Assembly: GCA_964445105.1 (NCBI GenBank)
Contig: CAYUJS010000003.1
Location: forward strand, 9,059-73,058
Direction of reading: 5' to 3'
Source of the DNA: an uncultured bacterium
GTDB taxonomy: Bacteria > Chlamydiota > Chlamydiia > Chlamydiales > JAJFMA01
DNA length: 64,000 nt
The position numbers and the translations under genes were made by a program. This document shows positions 28,967 to 37,233 of this stretch, piece by piece (within the stretch, counting starts at the first letter, position 1; every line of letters begins with the position of its first letter). Under the pieces are notes generated by a model, which did no database searches, was not told where the DNA came from, and worked only from the letters and a program-made list of their open reading frames with translations.

Positions 28967-29839
28967 CTATGAAATCAGCCAGACTGTCGAGGTGGCCCAC
29001 AAGCAGGCTGTGATGAGGGTGTGTCGATCACCTAAGAGCTCTCTTGCGGGATTTTCGCCCGCTTTCCAACGGTGTAATAAATAGAGGTAGCGGAAGATAC
29101 CGTAGGTGACCATGGGGACCGTCCCGATTAAGTACTGGGTGTGGTGCGCCTGGATGGTTTGGGCGGCCGTGGTGTACAAACTGTAAGAAATGATTGCCCC
29201 AGCGGAGGTGATACTCAGTAGGTTATCCAGCAGCGCTGGGGTGTATTGTGTGAGGACCTTCCGTCGGTGCGTAGTCTGGTCTCCAAGCACAAGGATTTCG
29301 GCGCGGCGTTTGGAAAAACCTAAGAAGAGAGTGAGCATAGCGGTGCAAAGAAGCAACCATTCAGAAGGGGGAATGCCGACGCCGAGAGTGCCCGCTAAAA
29401 CACGCAGGATAAATCCTGCTGAGATCACGAAGACATCGACCAGAACCACATTCTTGAGTTTGTAGGAGTAAGCGAGGTTGAGGATGGTGTAACCGATCAC
29501 CAGCCAGAAATCAGTGTGGCTCACCAACGAGGCAATATAGATCGATCCAACCCAAAGTGCGCTTGCTAGCGCCAATGCTACAGACACAGAGACGGTGCCT
29601 GCGGCTAGCGGGCGATTTTTCTTTTTAGGGTGGTGCCGGTCGCTCATGCAGTCAGACCAATCATTCAGAATGTACATAGCGCTGGAGGCAAGCGAAAACG
29701 CCAACGCCGCAGCTATCACATGCAGGAAAAGGGGACCATTGTCCCAAGCATGGCTGAAGAAGAGGCCGATCAAAACAAAGCCATTTTTCCACCACTGTAC
29801 GGGCCTCATGAGCTGCAGCAATTGCTTGGGGTGATTCAT
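28967..29839 (-). CDS. UbiA-family polyprenyl-phosphate 5-phosphoribosyltransferase (Rv3806c-like)
   Basis: Polytopic membrane protein. The motif NDWSDCMSDRHHPKKKNRPLAAG parallels NDxxDxxxDxxHPxKxxRPxAxG of the mycobacterial DPPR synthase, as I recall it. Confidence 0.8.
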   Translation of the reverse strand: MNHPKQLLQLMRPVQWWKNGFVLIGLFFSHAWDNGPLFLHVIAAALAFSLASSAMYILNDWSDCMSDRHHPKKKNRPLAAGTVSVSVALALASALWVGSIYIASLVSHTDFWLVIGYTILNLAYSYKLKNVVLVDVFVISAGFILRVLAGTLGVGIPPSEWLLLCTAMLTLFLGFSKRRAEILVLGDQTTHRRKVLTQYTPALLDNLLSITSAGAIISYSLYTTAAQTIQAHHTQYLIGTVPMVTYGIFRYLYLLHRWKAGENPARELLGDRHTLITACLWATSTVWLIS

Positions 29840-29848
29840 GACCTCTCC

Positions 29849-30592
29849 TTACAGCTTTAGACGCTTAAACAGACGCTCTGGAATGGCACAGATGATGTAC
29901 ATAACATAACGCCAAAACCAGGGGAGATACACTACGTCGGTAGATTTCTCCAGGGCCCGAACAATTCCTTCCCCAATCTCAATGGGAGAAGCCACTAGGA
30001 ACATGCCTTTTTTTCCGAAGGTCATCGCGGTGTCCACAAAGCCAGGTTTAATGGTGACGACGCGTACAGAGCTTGGGTAAAGCCGGTTTCGCAAGCCCTC
30101 TAAATAGATGCTGAGGCCGCTTTTGGCGGATCCGTAAAGGTAGTTACTTTGGCGCCCGCGGTCGCCTGCGACTGAAGAAAGAGCCACCATGAAGCCCTGC
30201 TTTCGCGTTTCGAAGTAGTTGGCGCATAGGTTGAGGATAGAGCAAGGTCCGGTGTAGTTGCGCTCGATGATCGCCTGCGTTTCAGAGAAGTGTCGCTGGC
30301 CGCTTTTTTGGTCGCCAAGATAGCCCACTGCTAGCACCACGCCCGATAGCTCGCCACAGCTGTCGATGGCGGTTTGCAAGAAAGAGGGATGGGAAGCAAA
30401 ATTTTGGACATCAAAGGTAGCAAATAGCACCTTCACTTGAAAACGTATTTGCAGATCGCAGGCGAGCCGCTGCAGCTCATCGGCATCTCTGCTGGCTAGG
30501 TATAGGGGGTATCCTCTTTCTGCCAGCGATTCAGCAACGGCGCGCGCGATGCTGGAGGTAGCTCCAAGGATAAGTACGGGGTGCGGGGCCAT
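29849..30592 (-). CDS. Short-chain dehydrogenase, DprE2-like
   Basis: SDR fold (GATSSIARA, YxxxK as YGSAK). About 250 aa, lying between the DprE1-like and UbiA-like genes. Confidence 0.7.
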   Translation of the reverse strand: MAPHPVLILGATSSIARAVAESLAERGYPLYLASRDADELQRLACDLQIRFQVKVLFATFDVQNFASHPSFLQTAIDSCGELSGVVLAVGYLGDQKSGQRHFSETQAIIERNYTGPCSILNLCANYFETRKQGFMVALSSVAGDRGRQSNYLYGSAKSGLSIYLEGLRNRLYPSSVRVVTIKPGFVDTAMTFGKKGMFLVASPIEIGEGIVRALEKSTDVVYLPWFWRYVMYIICAIPERLFKRLKL

Positions 30593-31941
30593 TAGGGCTC
30601 TCCGATACGCAAACGCCGAGCCAGGTCAGAGCTAAACTGGTTCTCTGGGTCGTATTGGCGCTTGATGGTGAGCCATTCGCAATAACGAGGATACATTTGG
30701 CGAAAGCTTTCCGGGCTGAGGCGCGCATCCTTTGCAAGGTAAATGCGGCCACCGTGCTGCAGGACGATCTCATCGAGCTGGTTAAGATGGTGGAGCGAAT
30801 CAGTGCCTTTGATCGGCAGATCCACAGCGAGTGTGTATCCGTTGGTGGGAAAGGAGAGCAGACCCAGTCCTTGAGCGCCGAAGCGTTTGACGACCGCCAG
30901 AAAAGAGGGGTCGCCTCTATGACTTAATTTGTTAAGCACCTGCTTGAATCCTTCCAAAGCGGTTGTGTGAGGCAGTACACACTGATACTGTACAAAGCCC
31001 TTTTTACCATAAAGACGGTTCCAGTGCGCGACTGCGTCGAGCGGATAAAAGTAGCTGCGGTAGTCGGTAACGAAGGGAGCTTTTTTACGACTCTGCAGTT
31101 GGTAATAAAGGCCATTAAAGAGGCGTACAGAGCAGGGGCCAATGAGAGAACGGCTCGGGCTAATAGGGAATGATAGGTGCTTTTGAGAGGGCAGGGCAAA
31201 AGGATCTCTGCCTGCAGGTAGCTCGCTGCAGGTGGCGTGGCGGCCTACCATGAGCACGCCTTTGCCCATCTTAGCTCCCTTAGCGAGGCAGTCGATCCAG
31301 GCCACGGAGTAGAGGTCGTCCTTGTTTTTATCGTCTAGAGCGGTAAAGAGCTCTTCAAGGTTCGCCGCCGCATGGTGGTGACAAATTACAGAGGCTGTTT
31401 CAATCGGCCTTAGTTGCAGTGCCACCTCGGCAATAATCCCGGTTAAACCCATGCCGCCGATCGTAGCATAAAATAGCTCCGCATGCTCTGTAGGGCAGCA
31501 GCGCCGCAGAGAGCCGTCTGCGATCAGCAGATCTATGTAAAGTACGTGGCCCGCCAGGCTGCCATCGCGATGGTGATTTTTTCCGTGCACGTCGGCGGCA
31601 ATGCAGCCGCCGAGCGTTACATACTGTGTACCCGGTGTGACGGGCAGAAACCAGCCAGCCGGTACTATGAACTTTAGGAGGGTTTCCAAACAAACGCCTG
31701 CTTCGGCTCGCAGGACTCCCTTGTCAGTATCAAATGCTAGTACGCGATTGAGCTTTTCAGTGAGGATTACAGTACTCTTGGAGCTAAGGGCAGCATCTCC
31801 GTAACTGCGGCCCAATCCGCGTGCGAGCTTGGGTCCGCCGATAACCAATAGCTCTTGGTAGCGCTCTGGACGGCACACAGAAGCCTGGATCGCGGGGTAG
31901 TTATTCCAAGAGGTGAGCGCTGTTAGCATTGTGGTCGGCAT
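30592..31941 (-). CDS. FAD-dependent oxidase, DprE1-like (polyprenylphosphoryl-ribose 2'-oxidase family)
   Basis: Long colinear motif matches to M. tuberculosis DprE1 from memory: ARGLGRSYGD, GG.IA.D.HGKNHH, GG.GLTGII, FYPLD....WNR.YG..GF.QYQ, GGR.Y.AKD and DP...F.SD.ARRL. Confidence 0.85.
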   Translation of the reverse strand: MPTTMLTALTSWNNYPAIQASVCRPERYQELLVIGGPKLARGLGRSYGDAALSSKSTVILTEKLNRVLAFDTDKGVLRAEAGVCLETLLKFIVPAGWFLPVTPGTQYVTLGGCIAADVHGKNHHRDGSLAGHVLYIDLLIADGSLRRCCPTEHAELFYATIGGMGLTGIIAEVALQLRPIETASVICHHHAAANLEELFTALDDKNKDDLYSVAWIDCLAKGAKMGKGVLMVGRHATCSELPAGRDPFALPSQKHLSFPISPSRSLIGPCSVRLFNGLYYQLQSRKKAPFVTDYRSYFYPLDAVAHWNRLYGKKGFVQYQCVLPHTTALEGFKQVLNKLSHRGDPSFLAVVKRFGAQGLGLLSFPTNGYTLAVDLPIKGTDSLHHLNQLDEIVLQHGGRIYLAKDARLSPESFRQMYPRYCEWLTIKRQYDPENQFSSDLARRLRIGEP

Positions 31942-32018
31942 CTACTCTTTTTACAAAATACAGAGCTAAAAAGCAAATACGCGAAGTGTTTTACAACGCT
32001 TCGCGCATTAAATTTTGG

Positions 32019-32600
32019 CTAGTACCCGTGGCTAGAGCCGCACCCGCATGCGGATTTTACGTTGGGATTGGTGATTTTGAAGCCCGACCCTTGCAGCCCG
32101 TCTGCATAATCGATTTCAGAGCCCATTAGGCGGGGGAGCATCTCTTTGTTTACGTGGATCTCTACCCCATGGCAAATTATGGTCTCGTCGTCGGCTTCGG
32201 CTTTTTCGGAATAATCCAGTACATATTCGAACCCGCTGCACCCCGCCATACGTTCGGCGAAGCGCATGCCCCAGCCGGTTTTGCCTTCCTCTTGAAGGAT
32301 CGCTTGGTATTTGCTTGCGGCGCGCGCGGTGAGGGAAATCGTTGTGAGATCGACTTCTTCGTCAAGTAGAGCATTGAGGCGATTCACAAGCCGTTCAATG
32401 GCTTCTTCGTTCATACCGTGGCCTTTCATCCCCCCTTCAAGGGTCTCCCAGACAGCAGCGTGGCAGCCGACGCAATGCAATCCTGCATTGGTGATCTCTT
32501 GCGACAGCCTTTGTGCTTTCTGTGGGAAGAGAGAAAGGATCTCTTCGATGGTCATTTGTGGATGAACGCGTGTTTTTGTCTCTGGCGTATTCATAGTCAA
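32019..32600 (-). CDS. DUF1858 (redox-disulfide) domain fused to an IscA/HesB-type Fe-S carrier
   Basis: N-terminal LHCVGCHA motif. C-terminal GCSGFEY and CGCGSS motifs of A-type carriers. Confidence 0.75.
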   Translation of the reverse strand: MTMNTPETKTRVHPQMTIEEILSLFPQKAQRLSQEITNAGLHCVGCHAAVWETLEGGMKGHGMNEEAIERLVNRLNALLDEEVDLTTISLTARAASKYQAILQEEGKTGWGMRFAERMAGCSGFEYVLDYSEKAEADDETIICHGVEIHVNKEMLPRLMGSEIDYADGLQGSGFKITNPNVKSACGCGSSHGY

Positions 32601-32603
32601 TCC

Positions 32604-32870
32604 TTAGAATGTGATCGTTACTTTACCCTGACGGATTTTACACTGACAAGCGAGCCGCTCACCGCAGCTTTCTTCACCGAGAAAGTCTTTTTCCTCTGTT
32701 GTAGGCTCTGAAAGATTTTCCATTCCTTCCTTCACCTCGATGACGCAGGTGCCGCACACGCCTTCGGTGCAGGCAAAGGGCACGCCTGCCTCTTCGCATG
32801 CCTCCGCAAGGCCGCTGCCGTCGGGAAGTTCTATTTCCTCATCCGAGTGATTGAATCTTAGAGTTGCCAT
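32604..32870 (-). CDS. Small 2Fe-2S ferredoxin-like protein
   Basis: CTEGVCGTC plus a distal ACQC cysteine pattern. It lies 4 nt upstream of the Fe-S carrier gene. Confidence 0.7.
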   Translation of the reverse strand: MATLRFNHSDEEIELPDGSGLAEACEEAGVPFACTEGVCGTCVIEVKEGMENLSEPTTEEKDFLGEESCGERLACQCKIRQGKVTITF

Positions 32871-33014
32871 ATCGTTTTTCCTCAGGCTCTAGAATTAGGG
32901 ATATTATGTAGCGATTGCGCATAATAATCAAGGCGAGATTTTGATTGATTTCTCTTCTCTACATATTGCAGACTAATGCGTTAGATCGCAACCGTTCAGG
33001 GTGGTTTTAAGGCA

Positions 33015-34391
33015 ATGGAGGCATGGGAGCAGTTCCTGTTGATGCAGGAACGAGAAATTGGCGCCGATACAGTGCTTAAGTGGCTGCGTTCGCTGCGTTT
33101 ATTGCGCTTTGATGCTTGTAATCTTTATTTAGAAGCGCGCGATGCCTTCCAGGTCTTATGGTTTGAAGAACATATGCGGGCTAAAGTCCTGAAGTATCTA
33201 AAAAACAACAACAACCACCGCATCGATGTGCACCTCACTTTAGTCGGGTCGGAGACTGTCAAGGCAGCAAATAATCGCAAAAAAGGAGCGGCAAAAGAGC
33301 CAACCAATACCTTCGAGCTCTCCTTCGAAGAGTGGAATCCGATTTGTACGTTTGAGAATTTGGTGCTCACTGAGCATAACTTGTTAGCCCATAAAATCCT
33401 GCGCGAAGTGGCGGGTCAGCAGCTAGCCCCTCAAATCACTACACATTCGGAATCTCAGTTAGCAGTATTTAATCCCATCTACCTCTATGGTCAGAAGGGG
33501 ACAGGAAAGACCCATTTGCTGCAGGCAGTGGCCTACGCGTTGAAAGAGTCTGGCAAGAATGTTCTTTATGCGAGGGCGGAGACCTTTACAGATCATGTCG
33601 TAGCGGCAATTCGGGCAGGGGAGATGTCTATCTTCCGGAAGGCGTACCGCAGTATTGACGTGCTGTTGTTGGACGATATCCACGTATTTTCGCGCAAAGG
33701 GGCTACACAGGAAGAGCTTTTTCATACCTTCAACACGCTTCATTTGGTGGGTAAGCAGATCATCATGAGCTCGAACTGCGCACCGCAAGAGCTCAAGATG
33801 ATCGAGGCACGCCTAGTCAGCCGGTTTGAATGGGGGATCGTGCTGCCGCTTGAGCCGTTGCAGCCCGACGAGCGGTTAGCCGTTTTGCGCACGAAAGCAA
33901 AAGCCTTGGACGTACAGCTGTCTAACCGCGCTGAAGAATATCTATGGAAGACTTTTTCGAGTAATATCGGCGCACTTTGCCACGCGCTAGAGGCGTTGGC
34001 ACTGCGTAAACATGTGCGAGAAGGCTCAGCAAAGGGTGCTGTGATCCAATTGGCCTCGGCTAGGGCATTACTAGAGGATCTCGTTGCAGAAGAGGTTGCG
34101 CACGCCCTGCAGCCCGAGCAGGTGGTACGTGCGGCAGCTGAGCACTTCGGGATACGTATAGAGGATATTATAGGCCGTGCGCAGAGCAGAGAGTTTGCCC
34201 TCCCCAGGCAAATTGCCATGCACATTTGCCGCATGCGACTCAAACTTCCCTTCACCAAAATAGGTGACCTCTTTCAAAGGGATCACACCACCGTCATGGC
34301 TTCCGTTACGCAGGTCCAAACGCGGTTAGATCTGTCTGATCACGATCTCGCTGCTGATATTTGTGCTGTCGTGAAGAAATTGGAACGTTAG
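33015..34391 (+). CDS. dnaA: Chromosomal replication initiator DnaA
   Basis: Walker A GQKGTGKTHLL, LLLDDIH and the C-terminal DNA-binding helix region (FTKIGDLFQRDHTTVMASV). Confidence 0.95.
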   Translation: MEAWEQFLLMQEREIGADTVLKWLRSLRLLRFDACNLYLEARDAFQVLWFEEHMRAKVLKYLKNNNNHRIDVHLTLVGSETVKAANNRKKGAAKEPTNTFELSFEEWNPICTFENLVLTEHNLLAHKILREVAGQQLAPQITTHSESQLAVFNPIYLYGQKGTGKTHLLQAVAYALKESGKNVLYARAETFTDHVVAAIRAGEMSIFRKAYRSIDVLLLDDIHVFSRKGATQEELFHTFNTLHLVGKQIIMSSNCAPQELKMIEARLVSRFEWGIVLPLEPLQPDERLAVLRTKAKALDVQLSNRAEEYLWKTFSSNIGALCHALEALALRKHVREGSAKGAVIQLASARALLEDLVAEEVAHALQPEQVVRAAAEHFGIRIEDIIGRAQSREFALPRQIAMHICRMRLKLPFTKIGDLFQRDHTTVMASVTQVQTRLDLSDHDLAADICAVVKKLER

Positions 34392-34398
34392 GCTTAAA

Positions 34399-34556
34399 CC
34401 AGCAGCTCCCGCTAAAAAAAGGGAACCGAACTGGCTCTGGAGCCGCCGTCAGCTTCATTTTGCTCCTCACCCGCAAGCTTCGGCTACCAATTCGTTCCAA
34501 ACTGAGCTTACTGTCAGCCTTCAGAGCCAGTTTCTTTTTTTAGCGGGGGCTGCTGG
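34399..34556 (+). repeat. Full-length repeat, copy F
   Basis: ccagcagctcccgctaaaaaaaggg ... ctttttttagcgggggctgctgg. It begins 8 nt after the dnaA stop codon. Confidence 0.8.
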
Positions 34557-34638
34557 GCTTACGTAAATTGTATCTTTAAAGTTCTGAAACCTATAAACTC
34601 TACGGGCAAATTAATTGAGTTTACAATCTAGGGTTAAT

Positions 34639-35487
34639 ATGGACTACCAACATATTTTCAGTTCCGGGACTACGAACCTATACAAAATTTCGTTGTCTGG
34701 CGACCGGCGGCCGCTAGGTCTGTTGTTTAATTTTTCCAATGAAATGACCGAACAAAACTTAGAGGTCAGGCGTATTTTTATGAATGCCATTAGGGGTGAG
34801 GCGCACCAAGATATCGTCGGATTTCGCCCTTCCTGCTCGCATATACAAACGACTGGTGGCTGTGGAAACCGCAGAGGCGACCTGGAAGAATGCCGGTGCC
34901 GCTGGGTGGATCGGACAGTCCGCCCGAGCGTGCGCCGCGATTACGAAGACAGGGTGATCAACGGGATTCTAGAGACCATAGAAAATAGCCAAGATCAAAC
35001 AAATTTTTCCTTTAAACTAGCTATATTTGCGTCAGGTCGCTTACTTGCTGAAGAAATTTTACTGTTCAGGTTATTCCACGAATTAGAATCAAGAAACTAT
35101 TCTGGAAAGATAAGACTGTTCCTAATCGACCAATGTTACAGGCGCGTGATCACCGTTTCAACCCACTCCGACGTTCTTATACAGTCTCTTGGTAATGAGC
35201 GCTATGTGCGGCAATTTATAGAAGAAATTCATCAGCATAAGCCTATTGCCGTAAGGGTTGAGGGGATTTTTTTCTTTGATGCAGAACATTATGTCCGCCT
35301 TGCCGAAAAAGATGATAAATTTAGGCACCACTACCTGATAGGCGCTGAGATTGAAGGGACCCAGGCCTGCGTTGAAAATATCGCCTCCGCGGCTGAGTCT
35401 TCAGAGGGGCCTGGCCCTTTGATGTTAATGAAAATCCCCGAAACTGGTGTAAACAGCCTGCTCTCCGCTCCCCAGGGTGTTCCTTAA
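34639..35487 (+). CDS. Orphan hypothetical protein, visibly AT-richer than its neighbours
   Basis: Long ORF with no motif I recognise. By eye the composition shifts towards A/T, especially in the second half. Confidence 0.5.
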   Translation: MDYQHIFSSGTTNLYKISLSGDRRPLGLLFNFSNEMTEQNLEVRRIFMNAIRGEAHQDIVGFRPSCSHIQTTGGCGNRRGDLEECRCRWVDRTVRPSVRRDYEDRVINGILETIENSQDQTNFSFKLAIFASGRLLAEEILLFRLFHELESRNYSGKIRLFLIDQCYRRVITVSTHSDVLIQSLGNERYVRQFIEEIHQHKPIAVRVEGIFFFDAEHYVRLAEKDDKFRHHYLIGAEIEGTQACVENIASAAESSEGPGPLMLMKIPETGVNSLLSAPQGVP

Positions 35488-35586
35488 ATGTCCATTCTTG
35501 TCGCTGCCTCCGCGATTGTAATAGCAGGTCTTGCTGGGTTGCTTTGGGTAAGCCTAAAAACTAAAGGATCAAGTGTAAAGCGTTGA
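35488..35586 (+). CDS. Candidate 32-aa single-pass membrane micropeptide
   Basis: Its ATG directly abuts the TAA of the upstream orphan (taaatg). Sequence MSILVAASAIVIAGLAGLLWVSLKTKGSSVKR, a hydrophobic helix plus a basic tail. Below the ORF-track length cut-off. Confidence 0.3.
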   Translation: MSILVAASAIVIAGLAGLLWVSLKTKGSSVKR

Positions 35587-35990
35587 CCACGTGGTATGAC
35601 GGAAAAATTGCGGGGAGGGTTTTATTCAAGGCGCGGTATTTAGTGCAAAGGCCAGTGCGTACGTGCGCGTCTTTGAGGATCTGTACTAAATGTCGTTTTG
35701 TCAGTTCATGCTAAAGGCCGCTTGAAGGTAATTTTGGCACGGTATTTGCAGAGAAGCGAAGAAGATTGCTTGGCGGGAGGCTAATGAACCAGAATCTAAT
35801 TCAAACCGCCCTTTCAAGGCGATAGTTCACTTACCAATAGCTTTTCAAAATAGCCTTATGATCTTTATCGCACGTATCTGTTGGCCTTTCGCAAGGGGGT
35901 CAAAAATTCGCTGCAATTTCCTTTGTCTGGGCCAGCGTTGTTTTTCCGTTCCGTAAAATTCGGTTGTTTGTTACAATCCATCAAAGCTTT

Positions 35991-36065
35991 CGGAGTATAG
36001 CGCAGCTTGGCTAGCGCGGCTGGTTTGGGACCAGTAGGTCGGGGGTTCGAATCCCTCTACTCCGA
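35991..36065 (+). tRNA. tRNA-Pro (anticodon UGG)
   Basis: The cloverleaf reads directly. Acceptor CGGAGTA/TACTCCG, D-arm GCGCAGCTTGGCTAGCGC, anticodon arm GCTGG-TTTGGGA-CCAGT, T-arm GGGGGTTCGAATCCCTC. Close to E. coli tRNA-Pro(UGG). CCA is not encoded. Confidence 0.9.
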
Positions 36066-36069
36066 CTTT

Positions 36070-36097
36070 AACCCTCATAGCAATATGAGGGTTTTTT
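36070..36097 (+). terminator. Intrinsic terminator after tRNA-Pro
   Basis: Stem aaccctcata/tatgagggtt plus a T-run. Confidence 0.8.
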
Positions 36098-36117
36098 AAT
36101 CTCTGCGGAGGTCTTTC

Positions 36118-37233
36118 ATGCTCGGCTACTGGTTTGAATGGAATCCTAATCCCTACGCATTTTATATCGATTGGCTAGGCCGCCCTTTGGCCTGGTATGG
36201 CGTTTTGTTCGTCTCGGGGATTGCGCTTGGTTACTGGATGATTTCGCACATGTTTACGCGCTATATAAGCGAGCGCGGGGAATTTACGGTGCACCATGTA
36301 GCGGATTGGGACGTTTTGACGCAGCGCCTAAAAGCCGCCCTAGATAGCCCAAAAACCCCCTTACACAAACTAGTTAGCCTTTTGCCAAAAGATGTGCGTA
36401 AAGCGATCGCCAAAGGTGGCCCTCATGGCGCACAGACTAAAGCCGCTATCGCTTCGGTAATGGAAGGCGCAAACCGAGTTTGGGCCGAGAAAGAGTTGCA
36501 GGGGGCGCTGGAGCCGCTGGTGAGCATGGGAGCGAGAATGGCCGACCGCTTAACCTGGTATGTGGTGCTAGGGACAGTTCTGGGCGCGCGACTGGGTCAT
36601 GTCCTCTTTTATGAGATTGGAGACTATTGGCAGCGGCCCTGGGACGTGTTCAAGATCTGGGAAGGGGGATTGGCCAGCCATGGCGGCGCCCTGGGGGTGA
36701 TGCTAGCCCTCTGGCTAGCTTTAGACTATTTGCGTCGTTACGCGCCATCAATGACGCTTTTGCGTTTGTTTGATTTTGTCGCTGTTCCTGCAGCTTTGGC
36801 GGCTTGTTTTATTCGTTTAGGCAACTTTGTGAACCAAGAGCTGGTGGGCACTCCCACTGGTCTGCCGTGGGGCGTATTGTTTGGAAATCCAGCTGATAAT
36901 GGCCCCTTAGTGCCCCGCCACCCCGTTCCTCTTTACGATGCTTTCGCTAACCTAGCAATCTTTTTGATTTTGGCTATCCTGTGGCGCAAGCGCGGTTGTA
37001 AGCGGCCGGAAGGTTTTTTGATAGGGCTATTTTTTGTCCTTTGCTTCACCGCGCGTTTCTTCATCGATTTTATTAAAATGCCCATGGAAAGCAGCGTCGA
37101 CACAGGCTGGCTACAGATGGGGCAATGGCTAAGTATACCGTTTGTGCTAGTGGGGGTCTATTTGATCCGCAAAGCGCGCTTGCTGTCTACTAGTTCGGCT
37201 GAATCTTTTTCCAAGCCAGGCGGACTTGATTGA
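36118..37233 (+). CDS. lgt: Prolipoprotein diacylglyceryl transferase with an insertion of about 80-100 aa
   Basis: Lgt motifs GLASHGG, PTGLPWGVLF and RHPVPLYDAF. GGAGG RBS. 371 aa against roughly 270-290 typical. Confidence 0.85.
   Translation: MLGYWFEWNPNPYAFYIDWLGRPLAWYGVLFVSGIALGYWMISHMFTRYISERGEFTVHHVADWDVLTQRLKAALDSPKTPLHKLVSLLPKDVRKAIAKGGPHGAQTKAAIASVMEGANRVWAEKELQGALEPLVSMGARMADRLTWYVVLGTVLGARLGHVLFYEIGDYWQRPWDVFKIWEGGLASHGGALGVMLALWLALDYLRRYAPSMTLLRLFDFVAVPAALAACFIRLGNFVNQELVGTPTGLPWGVLFGNPADNGPLVPRHPVPLYDAFANLAIFLILAILWRKRGCKRPEGFLIGLFFVLCFTARFFIDFIKMPMESSVDTGWLQMGQWLSIPFVLVGVYLIRKARLLSTSSAESFSKPGGLD

Noticed and set aside
31975-32010. Possible terminator hairpin (gcgaag...cttcgc) after the Fe-S carrier gene
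   Set aside because: The stem is only 6-7 bp and the downstream U-tract on the minus strand is interrupted. It is too weak to list as a feature.
32871-33014. Replication origin next to dnaA
   Set aside because: I found no cluster of TTATCCACA-type DnaA boxes in the spacers flanking dnaA. The only perfect box I noticed (tgtggataa, 24222-24230) is inside the ABC-F coding sequence. Chlamydiae carry two dnaA genes, and rpmH-rnpA are 26 kb away, so oriC cannot be called here.
33740-34258. 172-aa ORF on the minus strand
   Set aside because: It is antisense to dnaA, whose own frame carries unambiguous DnaA motifs. This is a shadow ORF.
35950-35980. Sigma-70-like promoter for tRNA-Pro (ttccgt-17 nt-tacaat)
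   Set aside because: The -10 element is good but the -35 is poor, and I cannot evaluate chlamydial promoter rules by eye, so I have not listed it as a feature.
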